A DNA stretch of 63,771 bases, filler included, from Sphacelaria rigidula (Eukaryota), in assembly GCA_964200075.2 (NCBI GenBank). It is 5 parts of 5 records of this genome, joined end to end, with 100 filler letters (N's around TTAATTAATTAA, not from the genome) between each part and the next. Parts side by side here need not be neighbours in the genome. Positions count along the whole stretch, not along the records: positions 12,778 to 25,453 come from CAXNAA020003515.1; positions 25,554 to 38,227 come from CAXNAA020003516.1; 3 more parts are not named here. One strand, given 5' to 3'. Numbering within the stretch: position 1 is the stretch's first letter; each line of letters opens with the position of its first letter. The translations under genes were made by a program, and so were the position numbers. Shown here in pieces: positions 13,851 through 26,104 of the stretch. The notes beneath the pieces were generated by a model. The model saw only the letters and a list, made by a program, of their open reading frames with translations. It was not told the DNA's origin and made no database searches.

Positions 13851-14719
13851 AAGTGAACAAGTACCGCTTCACGAATTTCCGTTGGCTTTTTCGATCCAAA
13901 GCGATCAAGTTCGCTCGGACCCAGACACAACAAAACCAAGCAAATCAACCGCCGCTCGAACTCGTTCGAGGCGGAAGAAAATATATAAGACATCGCCTTA
14001 GCATAGCTGCAAGAACGGATGATAACACCAGAGAGATCTGCCATGTACAATGAAGTGAGGTGAGTCCCTGCCTGCTGTGGTGGTCACCTTCTTCTGACCA
14101 AACGTTGCCGACTCGGGCCACTTTTGTACCTTTTTTTTCGTGGCCGTAGGTATACCGTTGGTTGGTGGGACAAGGGCATACAGTATACATGTTGACTTCG
14201 GTTGCGCATTGTGTTTTGTTCCTCGTCTTGTTGTATATGTCACTCCGTATTTTTTTACAGTCTTGTTTTTTTCTTTTCCCAAGTTTCTGACTTGAGCGTT
14301 TGTCGAGTTTCCTTCAGCGAGTAAGTATTTCTGTGCTGTCCACGTCGGGCACCCCCATCTCGTAATCACGGCGGTATCCCTCGAAAATTTGTTCATGTGC
14401 GACAATCCATCGATCAATCAATCAGTGTGAAACCGGAACCGCAGCAGCCCACCATGGTGCCCACGAGAAAATTCAATGACTCCCCCTTTTTATGGACATT
14501 ATCCTGATATGTAATAGACCTGTCTGTTCCGCATGCCTGCAGCTCGCAGCACTTACTATCATGTGGGAGCGATTTCCGCGCACGTGATTCCCCCGTTTCG
14601 TCTTGACCCGGCGCAGTAGAAGGACGCCAGCTGGGTTATACTTTACACGCTGGATAATGACAATCTATTACATTGTCGAAAGTGCATTGCGTACAAAATC
14701 GTCTGTTGCGTCTATTGCA

Positions 14720-15082
14720 ATGTGTGTGCTGTGTGTGTATGTGTGTGTCGTCGTCTGGACGCCGGTCTATAACTTTCGGTATATGTTTGCGCACCAGCCG
14801 GGGTAACACAGGAGGAAGGTCAACACAGGAGTTTTTTTTTTTCTGTTTTGTTTGTTTTTAGCACTCCACCTTCCTTCTGCGGTGCTTGCCTTTCTTTTTT
14901 ATCGTGAGAAGGGTACAGCAGTCCCTTTCCCTCGTCGACCGTGAAGTCGAATTTCGTGTACCCACGACATGGTCGCTCTCAACTGTTGGGCATGGTGTGA
15001 GAAAATATCCCAGATCGCGCCGAGATTTGAACCCACGACCCAACCGTGAGAAGGTTTCGAGGTTACCAACTGAGCTATTTGC
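14720..15082 (-). mobile_element. tRNA-derived SINE with (AC)n tail
   Basis: Minus strand: A box TAGCTCAGTTGG (15077-15066), B box GGTTCAAATCTC (15033-15022), a non-tRNA body, then a CA-repeat tail near 14720-14750. Confidence 0.75.
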
Positions 15083-15814
15083 AATAGACAAAAGATTCCA
15101 TACTGTACGCAGTACATGTTTTGACGATGTAATCCGTTGTCCAAGGTATGGTTACATAACATATGCGATGTATGAGAAATCGGGTAATCGTTAAATTGCT
15201 TATCCCGACATGAGACCGTGCCTTCAGACGGAACCCGAAAATCCGTTGAAACAGTCATTTTAGGTCCGCCCGTACCGACCAACCAATCTGGCAGTGCGTC
15301 CTCTCAAGAAAGTGTGCCCAACGAAGAATGTCATCGGCCTCGAGAAAATAGCGGCATAGCTTAGGCTGAACCGGACACGTGAACGCACTGAACCGGAGCG
15401 CGGCAAAACTTGATTATATTGTTCCACAGAGAAGAGACAGCACCTGCGAATGTTTTTTTTCATGGATTGCAGACAGCACAGCACTACTACAACCTGTCCC
15501 GTAAACACCATCCCCTCGTATCGTTAGCACCACGGGGAGTGATTGCTGCTGTACAGTACGGTGTATGAAAGTGATGGGAGTGATGATGATAATGCACCGC
15601 CCTTGTGCAACATGTTCCCGCACAGTCAAGATGATCGATTCTTGAATGTCGTGGCTGAAATTATTTTGAGAAAGTCTACAGCGAATGTCAAGTATCATTT
15701 CCGCACCAATTTTTTTTTGTTTTTTTGGTGGGAAGGGGGTGATGTCGCAACCACCCGTCAGAGGGCGTACAGTAAATCGTCCAGTGTTTTTTTTCGAACG
15801 ATTTATACATACTG

Positions 15815-17057
15815 GTGTAGCAATATATTTTGATTTTTAACACGTAGATTGGAAAGTGTATTGGAATTAGTATAGTGGGCAGTTCTATGCTCGCGGACGC
15901 GATTGAAAGATGTATCACCAAATGACGAAAACGCTCAATATGTTCCTCCGCGAGCGTGTTCAATATATATTGGCCGCACGCAATAGCTATGCGATGAGCG
16001 TGCGCAATATATATTGGGAAAACAATACTGTTTCATTCTTTGCGCTCAATATATATTATGGCAACAAAATGTTCCGCATCGCTTCGACTCAATATATATA
16101 TATTGAAACTTCAATACATACACGACCGGCACGCACAATATATATTGAATGTTTTATTCCCGGAGCAAATGCGTATCCAATATATATTGCCATGCATTAC
16201 TCCACGATCATGACGCGAGGAATATGTGTTGTTGCTTCAATATCTCCGAGGACATTTCAACACAGTATATATTGAAAGGACAACATTTGCGCTGTCTCCA
16301 ATACAATGTGTTGGTATCATATTGGAACACATTGTTTTGTCCAGGGTATAAGCAACACAGAACCGGCTACCACAGGGGCACCAAAAAACGCATATCGACT
16401 CGCTTTTTCTGTCATCGTGATGTTCACCAAAGATATATTACATGCTGTGAAGGGGATGGGCGGCCCCGTACCGGTGGCCAGATAGGTATCAGAAGGCATA
16501 TATACCGGGTTGCCTCTTCTGCCACCATATTTTCTGACCAGCATATATATATATATATCAAACGAATTCGACAACTCTTCGTAGCAATGCACGCGAACTT
16601 CTGCCACTCTCTGGAAGCGTTTCCCCATCTGCACGGGCGCCGGCATCCACCGCGTCTGGATATTTCTTCAAGTGTACACCATACCTACAAAATCCGATAT
16701 ATATTGACCGGCCAGTACATCGGCACCCACGTAGATCCAATATATATATTGACCCGTCAATATGTTCTCACCAATGCGACCCTAATATATATTGGTCGTG
16801 CAATATGCCGTCAACCACACTGCCCCAATATATGTATATATATTGATGAGACAATATGTGTTCAACTCCACGGTACCAAGATATATTGGGCGGGTAATAT
16901 GTATGCAGTCCCACGACATCAATATATATATTGGGCGCGCAATACGTGTGCGATCCAAGGGTACCAATATATTATTATGACGCCGGCAATAATATCGCAA
17001 AATTTCAATATGATCGACTAATATATATTGAAAACATTTTGTATTGTCCAGGGTGTG
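15815..17057. mobile_element. Left-truncated copy of the ATATATATTG-rich TIR element
   Basis: Colinear with 61180-62397; ends in TIR ATTGTCCAGGGTGTG; many CAATATATAT/ATATATATTG motifs. Confidence 0.85.
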
Positions 17058-17363
17058 AACGATATCTAGGGTCTTGTTGAGACATGCCTTTTACTATTAC
17101 GAACACAGCTTGTAGCGGGTTGTCTGTCCGTGCAGAGTACAACACAAGTGGTGTCGAGATCCCCTCCATCTCACCAAAGTGCCTAGTTTGAGGAAGTGAC
17201 ATGTACGTGTGAATCAAAATGACAAGAGCTGAGCACACCGAGCAGGTGAAAACTCTCGTGCTTGGGATCGTTTTCGCTAGTGTTGCCCATATGAGGTGCT
17301 TCCTGCAGTCTGAAGCCAGCTATTATGCGGTGCGTAGCCATTTCTTTCGTGATAGTTTTTGGG

Positions 17364-17858
17364 GGTTGTAATCATCATCTTGCATGCCGTCGTAAGACCA
17401 CTCACATCCCACAAGGCCGGGATGTAACACGTCGGGTCTTCGCAGGACCAGGCTCGCTATCAAGCGCGAAGCACCGTGATGTGTTCGGCGAGTCGCTTGA
17501 AGGGTAAGCTGCATCCTGCCAAGATTTTTCAGCCAGAAGCGTACTGATCAAATTGCATATGGATGACTTTGAGGGTGTACTCATGATCTTGCATGCCGTA
17601 GTCATATGACCGTCGGTCTCGCATCCCTACAAAGCCGGGGCGGAGCACGCCGAGTTTTCGCCGGACCAGGCTCGCAATCAATCACGAAAGTGCGAGGTGC
17701 CGTAATGTGTTCGGCGAGTCGCATGAGGGGTGAGCTGCACCCTGCTAAGATTGTTCGACCCGAAGCGTACTGATGATCTTGCATTTGGATGACAGTCTCC
17801 AATGAGTTGCTTCATTTTCTGGCATCGTCACTTCCGGAGACAGCGACGGCTCTCACCC
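17364..17858 (-). mobile_element. SINE-like repeat family A, two tandem copies
   Basis: GGTGTACTCATGATCTTGCATGCCGTAGTCAT...CGCATCCCTACAAAGCCGGG...TCTCACC; also at 9733-9860, 24874-25120, 25554-25673, 62575-62657 (opposite strand), 63231-63536. Confidence 0.8.
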
Positions 17859-17942
17859 TTGAAATACTACGTAGTATGACGGTTACCTTTGATTCGTCGC
17901 TCCTCGTGTTTTTCTCTTGTCGTGCGTGTTATTGTTCCGCAG

Positions 17943-18011
17943 ATCTTTAACGACCTGGACGTACAGGATGACAAGTTAATGCTGGACCTGGCCGTGTTTC
18001 TCAACAGACTC
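17943..18011 (+). CDS. Exon of PPEF/rdgC-like Ser/Thr protein phosphatase (N-terminal region)
   Basis: Pyrimidine tract + CAG acceptor, GTGAGT donor; IFNDLDVQDDKLMLDLAVFLNRL resembles the conserved post-IQ segment of PPEF phosphatases; phase 0. Confidence 0.6.
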
Positions 18012-18894
18012 GTGAGTTCGACACAATATTGAATGGAGGCGTTTTTTTCTTCTGTCTTCACAAGATCGGAGATGAGTTTTTGCTAGATACCCTGATAATT
18101 TTTATCACTATTTCTTGGCAAAATCGCGTCAAGTTGATATATAAAACAAGCCCTACAGGGTACAACATGCTGCATTCGTCCATCTGCCTACTCAATCATA
18201 CACAACCGAACAGGGAGGGTAATGATACAGGCCTACGCCTGGAACCTACGCATACCCCGCGATCGTCGATTCCGCAGGAATGCGTATCACGATAACTTAC
18301 AACGAGAGATGACCCTACAAAATGCCGATTTTGGCTTCGAGTCCGATATGGTGTTCGCCGTTCACCCTAGCTCACGCCCATTACTCTCATCCTACGGCGC
18401 AGTACCGCTATACTGTACGGTACCGCGCTCTCCTAGACATGCACTGTAACGTAACATATCGATGAATAGATGCGGTTGGAGAATAACCAAACTTATGGCA
18501 ACATATGATGGCCTTACCCGCGGGAAAAAACGCAGGTTCGGTAGACGACCGGTAATGACCGACTGGCGGTTAGTGTACTTCCCTGCTCTATTTATTCAGA
18601 TGCACCTACTGTGCTGGAGCTCATACCCGGGCCTCGGTACGGGTGTGATCTGACATGTAACAATGCGTGTATCAGTGCTCACTTCTCTCGCAGCGAAAAT
18701 TCTGGGAAATAATCGAGCATTGATCGTTCTCACCGAGCCAGGCTCGGTCTTGGGTTGCGAATTGGTTGCCTGACTCGTCTTCTTTCTCGCTTTTCTGAAG
18801 AGTGTGTGGAATGGGCAAACCCATTTATACCTCGAGAGTCGTCTCGGAACAGGATTTTCGCGTATAGTCGTGAGATTGTGTGGAATGAGCAAAA

Positions 18895-19309
18895 TCCTGT
18901 TCCGAAACTTTGTGTGGGCCGTGGCTAGGGCACAACTAACAAAAAAAATGGGTTAAGTTGTTTTTTATTTAATCCACTAGTTTGGCACGCTTTATGATGG
19001 AAACGACCATTTTTTTAACGAGAACACCCGAACCTCTCGAAAAAATAAATGAGGGCCGATTTTTTTGTACCCAGCATACCTCTGTGGTATTCTTCATGCT
19101 GAGTTTCAAATCACAATTCTAAAAATTGAGCTATTAATAGAAAATTGAGATAAGGCCCAAGGGCAGTGTTAATTTGCCCTCAAAACTGCCCTACATTTGA
19201 AGAAAAAAACGAAGAAGTATGAAAAAGCTGTTACTGTAAGCTTCATTATGCACCATCGGTTCTCCATACGAAGTTTCATAGCGTAACTCTCAAAAACTGA
19301 CACGCGATA
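18895..19309 (-). repeat. Inverted partial copy of the adjacent mariner-type element interior
   Basis: Reverse complement of ~19712-20130 (e.g. TATCGCGTSTCAGTTTTTGAGAGTT). Confidence 0.75.
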
Positions 19310-20837
19310 CGAGCTGTGCCAGCCTAGAAACGGGTTTAAGCTCTAAAAGCGATACCTCAACGACACAGACGGGTTGGGCCGTGATCCCCATATCGTATTA
19401 ATCGTCTGATCAAGGGGAAGGTGCCTATCTGCTCAAAAATCTGGGCCAATTTTTCCTCGTGGAGTGAACCCCATGTCTAGTAATTCCTATCCCTAGCTGA
19501 GATAGCGTCCACACTAAAATCTATATGAAACCCCGAACGATCGATTAAGCGGATGATGACGATTTTTGGTGTGGACCTTCCCTGGGGCACGGGGAGACGA
19601 TAGATACCCTCACTTTCACCTAATTCGTTATCTATCTCGAGAAATGGCACACATAAGGTTCAATACTCAAATCAGTATATTACGAGCAGAGGCACTAGAT
19701 GACCTAAAGCTGGATATCGCGTCTCAGTTTTTGAGAGTTGTGCTGTGAAATTTGGTATGGAGAACCGCTAGCGCATAATAAAATTAAAAACACAGCTTTT
19801 CTGGGGTTTTTTTTCGTGTTTTTGGGGGGTTTTGAGGAGAAATGAACATTGCTCTTGGGCCTCAACTCAATTTTTCAGCTCAATTTTAGGAAGTGTGATT
19901 TGAAACTTGGCATGGAGAACGACAGAGGTATGCTGAGTAAAAAAAAAATGAGCCTTGATTTTTTTGTTTTTCATGAGAGGTTCGGGCGTTCTCGTAAAAA
20001 AAAATCATTACCATACTAAAATGCCCTCAATCAGTGAAAAAATAAAATAAAACCCAACCTCACCCATTTTCCTTGGTTCATCACCACCTAGCAAGGTCCC
20101 GCACAAAGTTTCAACCCACAAACACCAAACGTGAGTCGATAAACGGCATGCCAAATACTGTTCCGAATTTACGCCGCCTCGGTTTTTCAAATGTAAATTC
20201 GCCATTTTTTTCTTGGAGTTGGGGAGTGAAATTTGGTATGGACATTCAACAGGGGGTGCTCCAAGAAATCAGTTTAGAGGTTTTAGTAAAATTCCCCTAA
20301 CTCACGAAAAACAAATCGTTGGGACCTCACAGACAGTTTTTCTTCATGCCCTGTTGATTGTCCATACCAAATTTCATTTTCCAATTCCAAGAAAAAAAGT
20401 GCGAATTCGTCTGCAAAGTACAAATCCGCTTGTAGGCTGGCCCAGCCAATATTCAAATTTTGTTCATCTAGTGCCTCGGCCTGTAATATATTGGTTTTAG
20501 TATGAAATATTTTGTGCGCCACATCTCGAGAAGCTGAGGGTGTCTATCGTCTCTCCGTGCTCCAGGGAATGTCCACACCAAATATCATCGTCACCCGATG
20601 AATGTATCGATCGGGGGTTTCATATAGATTTTAGTTTGGACGCTATCTCCGTACGATATAGGAATTACTAGACATGGGGTTTAAGCAACGAGAAATATTG
20701 GCCCAGACTTTTGAGCAGGTGGGCATCTTCCCCTTGATTAGACGATCAATACGATATGAGGATCATGGCCCAACTCGTCTGTGTCGATGAGATATTGCTT
20801 TGAGAGCTTAGATCCGTCTCTAGGCTGGCCCAGCTCG
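19310..20837. mobile_element. Non-autonomous Tc1/mariner-type element with ~380-bp inverted ends
   Basis: TA|CGAGCTGTGCCAGCCTAGA ... TCTAGGCTGGCCCAGCTCG|TA; second copy at 47262-48452. Confidence 0.8.
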
Positions 20838-21048
20838 TAGTCTTCCCGTGAGCGATTATAAACAAAAAAATGTACAAAGCGGGTCACATGCAATGTACGC
20901 AGGAGGCGTTTCGACTCGAGTCGGCAGGCGCCGGCGATTCGAGTTCTGCTAATTCTCATTTTTGAGAATTTTTATGGGAATTTTTTGAGAACTTTTGTTT
21001 GAATTCGTGATTACCGCCCCACATCTAGCCCACAGATATCACAATACG

Positions 21049-21372
21049 ATGGACTTGCCCCCGAGCACCCCCCCCCCCCCCCCCCCCCAAACGGGGGGTG
21101 AGCTTCCATTTGGTCGCCGCTATGCGATTGCGATGGAGGTTGCGCTCGCTATTCCACTGGGCAAGACTAGGGTGCCCAAGGGCTCACTGGGGCCAATTTG
21201 CGAACGCTACGGTGTTGGTCCCGAGTACCCGACTAAATTGTGGAAAAATGCCAGAGCCCAGATGGACGCTGCCCAGGAGGTCGACCACTCGAACAGCGCA
21301 AGAACTGGACGTCCGTCGCTCCTCACGCCCACCAAGATGGCGGGCGCTGAAGAAGGTCGACAAGCAGAATCG
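21049..21372 (+). pseudogene. Mariner-type transposase N-terminal HTH fragment
   Basis: GSLGPICERYGVGPEYPTKLWKNARAQMDAAQEVDHSNSARTGRPSLLT resembles plant/oomycete mariner N-termini with a GRP motif; frameshifted, no DDD domain; mariner-like end GGGCTCG|TA at 21524. Confidence 0.6.
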
Positions 21373-21994
21373 ACCATTTTTTGGCCGACTGTTTTTTGTG
21401 CGGCCGTTCGGCCGCATGGTTCAACAGCGTGCTGCAAAAAAAAATGTTGTTCTACCTAAAAAAATGGCGGCGAAGAAATCGAAAAAAAACATCGAAAATC
21501 AGATCGGACAACGTTGAGGGCTCGTATAAACATACTGTAAACGACCAGACTTATGGGACAGAAAGTATACACATCGATGACAAAGTAGTGAGCCGTTCCT
21601 CTCGTCAAAAGTGCGGCTGATTCCTGTCTTAAAGAGCTGTATCTTTCTTTGCACAACCATACTTCATTTATTTATTTTCTGTTCTGGGAGCGTACAGTCA
21701 CCTGAACACAGCAAGTAACACGAAAACCGTTGTGACGACGTGTAATATAATTCGAATCCTGAACGGTGCTGTCCCACCGAGTACCGTAATGGCCTATGGA
21801 AAGTGGACGCCGCCCTAGCTTCATTTTGGCTGTCATCGCGTGCTGGGATGGCGCACCGTGTGCGTGTAAATCCGAGCGCGGTCACGGGCCGCGTTGTAAG
21901 CAGCCGGTGCGGCTCTCTCAGTTGGGTGGTTGCTATCCATCCTTCGGATAGTTGGGTCGCTATGTGTGCGTCTGTGCATGGTTTTTGATGTTTG

Positions 21995-22193
21995 CACACC
22001 CTCGGCAATATAGTGTTAGTAAATACAAAATACCAATAAATATAGGCCTGTAATTGAACCCAGTACATTTTCGGTCTGTTGCATCTATCGGCATAGCAGT
22101 ATATTGTACCGACAACTGTTGCAATGTGCCTACACTTAATCCAGTACATTTTTGGGCTATTGCATCCATCGATGATATATTGTCCAGGGAGTG
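21995..22193. mobile_element. MITE of the CACACCCTGGACAA family
   Basis: CACACCCTCGGCAAT ... ATTGTCCAGGGAGTG with perfect 8-bp TSD GATGTTTG. Confidence 0.85.
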
Positions 22194-22286
22194 GATGTTT
22201 GCGCACGCGTAGGAAAGAAAAAAGCACAGCCATATTCGTTTTCTCTGCATGTTTTTTTTTCGTCTGTGGTTTACGGGGTTTTTTTG

Positions 22287-22430
22287 CACACCCTGGACAA
22301 TGACAATAAATCACATTGACAGAACGTGTATTGCGGACAGTATCGGTTATTTTGTCTGTTGCAATATACAATAGATTCTATACTGTACGTGATACATTTT
22401 TCGACAACGTAATCTGTTTTCCGGGGTGTG
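22287..22430. mobile_element. Second small MITE of the same TIR family
   Basis: CACACCCTGGACAA ... TTTTCCGGGGTGTG; TSD poorly conserved. Confidence 0.55.
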
Positions 22431-22472
22431 TACTTGTGTGCAGTGTTGATCTCTATTTGTCTGTGCTGTCCA

Positions 22473-22955
22473 TCTCCCTTCCGAACTCTTTCTGAGCGAG
22501 CGTTCCCTTTTTGTTTACGTTGTGTACGTCTGTCTTCGTGACTACAGCGTGATTCATAGCGGATCAATTACAGTGCGACGATCAAACCAATCAATATCCT
22601 GCGAGCGAACGACTGTGCCGTCGCAACTCACTTGTCCTGCTTCCTCCGTCATCTCCTTGCGGATGGTCTGGCGTATCAGATCGTCTTGCCGCTCCAGGGA
22701 TTTTCCTTTCGGAGTCCGAACGAAAAATCCCTTGAGCGTCGATACGACCTGATACGGCAGAATATTCGCAAGGAGATGACGGAGGAAGCAGGACAAGTGA
22801 GTTGCGACAGCACAGTCGTTCGCTCGCAGGATATTGATTGGTTTGATCGTCGCACTATAATTGATACGCTATGAATCACGCTGTGGTCACGAAGACAGAC
22901 GTACACAACGTAAACAAGAAGGGAACGCTCGCTGAGAAAGAGTTCGGAAGGGAGA
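22473..22955. repeat. 483-bp near-perfect palindrome (241-bp arms, centre 22714)
   Basis: Arms align as reverse complements without indels; centre TTCGGA-G-TCCGAA; no TSD seen. Confidence 0.95.
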
Positions 22956-23368
22956 GAGCCAAGGGAGAATCACAAGGTAGTGATATACGGTACTTTTCTA
23001 TCGAGCGACCGTGTTACAGTGTTCATTTTGCTCACAATACGGTGGGGGGGTTACATTTTCGTTGTGACCACGGCTGTGTCACTCGAAGACGTCAATTAGT
23101 ATGCGACCATCGAAGCAGCCCATGCCCAGCGTTTGTGTACGACACAGCCTTGGTGACTGCATCAACTCCGCGCCGAACCTTATCACATGGATTGGGTGAC
23201 GTGGTACTCTGCTTGTGCCGGCGATTTTCATGTCTTCTCGAGCTACCATATCTCCCGATGCGGAGCGCAATTTGATGCTGTTCCAACGTGTTCGTGGATA
23301 GCGACTCGATTTCCTGAACCGTAAATCATGAAGCTGAATCGCTGTAATCCCTCCCCTCCACCGCGTGG

Positions 23369-23441
23369 TCGGTGCTCCGTCTCGAAAGGGATGCGTGGTC
23401 AATGGTCAAACGACTAAGGCAAGCAACGAATGAGTACTTCC
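23369..23441 (+). mobile_element. Severely 5'-truncated retroposon (family B) with 16-bp TSD
   Basis: GTCTCGAAAGGGATGCGTGGTCAATGGTCAAACGACTAAGGCAAGCAACGAATGAGTAC flanked by CCCCTCCACCGCGTGG at 23353-23368 and 23442-23457. Confidence 0.8.
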
Positions 23442-23521
23442 CCCCTCCACCGCGTGGATTTTACCCTTGGGACCTCAAATCATACCTACCGCGTTCCACG
23501 GATCCACTTTCCATGTTTCAG

Positions 23522-23701
23522 GTGAGTCGGTTTCCGGAGGGGAGCAAGGAGCTCATGAAATCGGGTGCTCAGCTTCCCGATGAGGAGAGCCCTGCTCCGC
23601 CCCCCATGGTGCCGAAAGACTCTGCAGAGGAGTACTTCGAAGGCGCCAACACGGAGGGAGATGACGTTGGGCTGAACCTGGCGGGCATCCGGATGGCACA
23701 G
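23522..23701 (+). CDS. Exon of PPEF-like phosphatase (linker)
   Basis: TTTCAG acceptor, CAG|GTAGAG donor, 60 codons VSRFPEG...GIRMAQ, phase 0 at both ends. Confidence 0.6.
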
Positions 23702-23710
23702 GTAGAGTAT

Positions 23711-23975
23711 GGTACCCGCATGAAGTATGGTACCCGCGTGAAACAGGTGCCCGAAAGGCCATCCGCATGAAACGGATACGAGAGAGCATCCTCATAAAGT
23801 GGGTACAGTGAAGCATCAGCATGAAACGGGTACCAAAAAAGCGTCCGCATGAAACGGGTACGATTGAGCATCCCCATGAAGAGGGTACAGTAGGGCATCC
23901 AATCAACAACGGGTACAATGGAGCCATCCGCACGAACCGGATACGATAGTGCATCTGAATGAAACCGGTACAGTG
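23711..23975 (+). repeat. Intronic minisatellite of ~27-bp units
   Basis: About ten units of consensus GCATCCGCATGAAACGGGTAC plus 6-7 variable nt. Confidence 0.8.
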
Positions 23976-24320
23976 TGGGTGGAGAATACCGAGGAAACAT
24001 ATCCAGTAAGGAGTGCGCATCGAAAATGTATGGTATTGTGCAGGGCAGATGCAATACTGTGATACAAGATGATTGGTTACAAACAGCACATCTTTGTCGG
24101 GTGCAGTATTGGGTCTATGTTACGTCCTTCCAATGCCATCACACCAATCCTCCGATATGCGAACTTTTGATTCATTTTTTTTTCTTCTTGTTTTGTCTTC
24201 TTAACAGGCAGAACCCTCACTTTATATCGAACTTGAATAAGTGACGAATCAACCCTCTTCTCCTGTTTAGCCCTCTCCTTATTTTATCATTGTAATCATT
24301 TTTTTTCGCTGCACGGTTAG

Positions 24321-24476
24321 GCAAAGCCGCTACCTTCGCTGGTCCGGATTGGGAGCGTGAACGTTCAGTTTGGGGAAGGCGCGGAGGATAACCTCATGGA
24401 CTACTCCTTGCCCAAAGCCCCGCCCACTCTGGAGACGGTGGAGGAAGTCATGCAGCTTTTCGAGAACGGGGGAAAG
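24321..24476 (+). CDS. Exon of PPEF/PP5-like phosphatase, start of catalytic region; remainder presumably in the gap
   Basis: TAG acceptor, AAG|GTAAGA donor; YSLPKAPPTLETVEEVMQLFENGGK resembles the PP5/PPEF pre-catalytic helix. Confidence 0.65.
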
Positions 24477-24827
24477 GTAAGACATGCGTCCATTTTGATA
24501 TACATACCAGGTAAATATACGGACACCGCGCCCCGGTGGTGTGATGGTCCGACCGTTACCATGAGGGTGGAGAGTACAAGGGTTCGATTGCCGGTGCGTT
24601 GGTTCTTTTTCGTAATGGTATCTGATTTCCACCTTGGAAAGCGTGAGAACGTGAGTAAACAAAGGAGTCGAACGAGTTCGTTTAACGTGAGGTGACGCGG
24701 TGCAGGAGTGCTGATACTCATCAGCCAATCCGCGAGGCCAACATGGAATGCGCGTGCCGGGGGAGACAAGGGATGAGCCCTTGAGACCACGAACTTGTCC
24801 CGAGGACGGGGAGGGTCTCAAAGCACG

Positions 24828-24870
<43 letters not shown>

Positions 24871-25974
24871 TGTGGGTGTACTCATGATCATGATATTGCA
24901 TGCCGTATTCATGATACCATTGACATCGCATCCCTAAGAAAACCGGGACGGAGCACGCCGAGTTTCGCCGGACCAGACTCGCTGTCAATCACCAAGCGCA
25001 AAGCACTGTGGTGTGTCCGGCGAGTCGTATGAAGAGTGAGCTGGATACTACCATCATTATCCGGCCCGAAGCGTACTGATTTATCTCACATATGGATGGC
25101 AGCCTCCAATGAGTTGCACATCGTGGATAATGACTATATTCCATTGTAAAAAAATGTACTGCGTACAGTATGGAATCTCTAGTCTACTGCAGTAACCCAA
25201 TAGTCGTTAATGTGCACAGTACACTTTTCGGCATACGTTGCTTCTTGTTTAGGTATCGCCACTTCCAGAAACAGACACGGGTTACACACTGCCTCATACG
25301 TCTCTCACCATGAGATGGAGGAGATGAGGAGAAAAGTAGTAAAGTAGGACTGGACGATGACTGGGGGGGGGGGGGGGGGGGGTAACTGAAAAAACGGGAA
25401 GTCAGGGGCTAAGGGCAGTTCCACGACACCTTTCCAAAAGGGGGGGGGAGAGCNNNNNNNNNNNNNNNNNNNNNNNNNNNNNNNNNNNNNNNNNNNNTTA
25501 ATTAATTAANNNNNNNNNNNNNNNNNNNNNNNNNNNNNNNNNNNNNNNNNNNNCCCAAAGCCTACTGGTTATCTTGCATTTGGATGACAGCCTACAATGA
25601 GTTGATTTATTTTCTGGTATCGCCACTTCCAGAGACAGCCACAGCTTATACATTGCCTCATGGGTGCCTCACCTTGGGGGGGAGGGGGGGGGGGGGAAGG
25701 TTGAAGGTATAAATAAAAAAATGATTTGTGAACTTCAATGTCGATTGCCATGGCTGCAGCGGTGACTCTAAGGTGCACCGTGCGCGTGATACCTTTGCGT
25801 TATTCCGCGTGTCCGGCGTCCAGCGCTGTAGGGAGCAAATAACTATGGGAAAAGGGGGGCGAGGGAGCTAGCTTTACAGTCCGGATTTAGTTAGCTCATG
25901 AGGTACCGGACGCATGAATCATTCGGATGTCCACTAGGAAGAGCCTTTGAGGAAAAAAAAGAATAAAAACTCAC

Positions 25975-26104
25975 CGATATAGGTCCGTAAGGTGACCGAG
26001 AAAGCCCATGTCCACGTGGTAACATATGCGCGGGGATCCGTAGAAGAATTTGTCTGCGCCAACGTTCTTCTTCTGCCTCTCGGCATCTTGCAGCACTTGC
26101 TGGA
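25975..26104 (-). CDS. Exon of class I SAM-dependent methyltransferase (type 11-like, plastid/cyanobacterial family)
   Basis: CAG acceptor, CG|GTGAGT donor; DKFFYGSPRICYHVDMGFLGHLTDLYR matches the D-x-x-FY-x-x-PR-x-x-x-H-V-D N-terminal motif; downstream exons not identified (gap). Confidence 0.8.

Noticed and set aside
13337..14050. 237-aa hydrophobic ORF (and 33001-33435)
   Set aside because: Translation of a T-rich retroposon 3' region; not protein-like.
15010..15082. Functional tRNA gene (also 9455-9530)
   Set aside because: A/B boxes present but no complete acceptor stem or cloverleaf; continues into a SINE-like body.
16149..17021. 290-aa ORF
   Set aside because: Lies in an AT-motif-rich non-autonomous element; the frame is not preserved in the second copy at 61485-62350.
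23711..23975. CRISPR array interpretation of the repeat-spacer pattern
   Set aside because: Spacers only 6-7 nt, repeats degenerate, no cas genes, eukaryotic intron.
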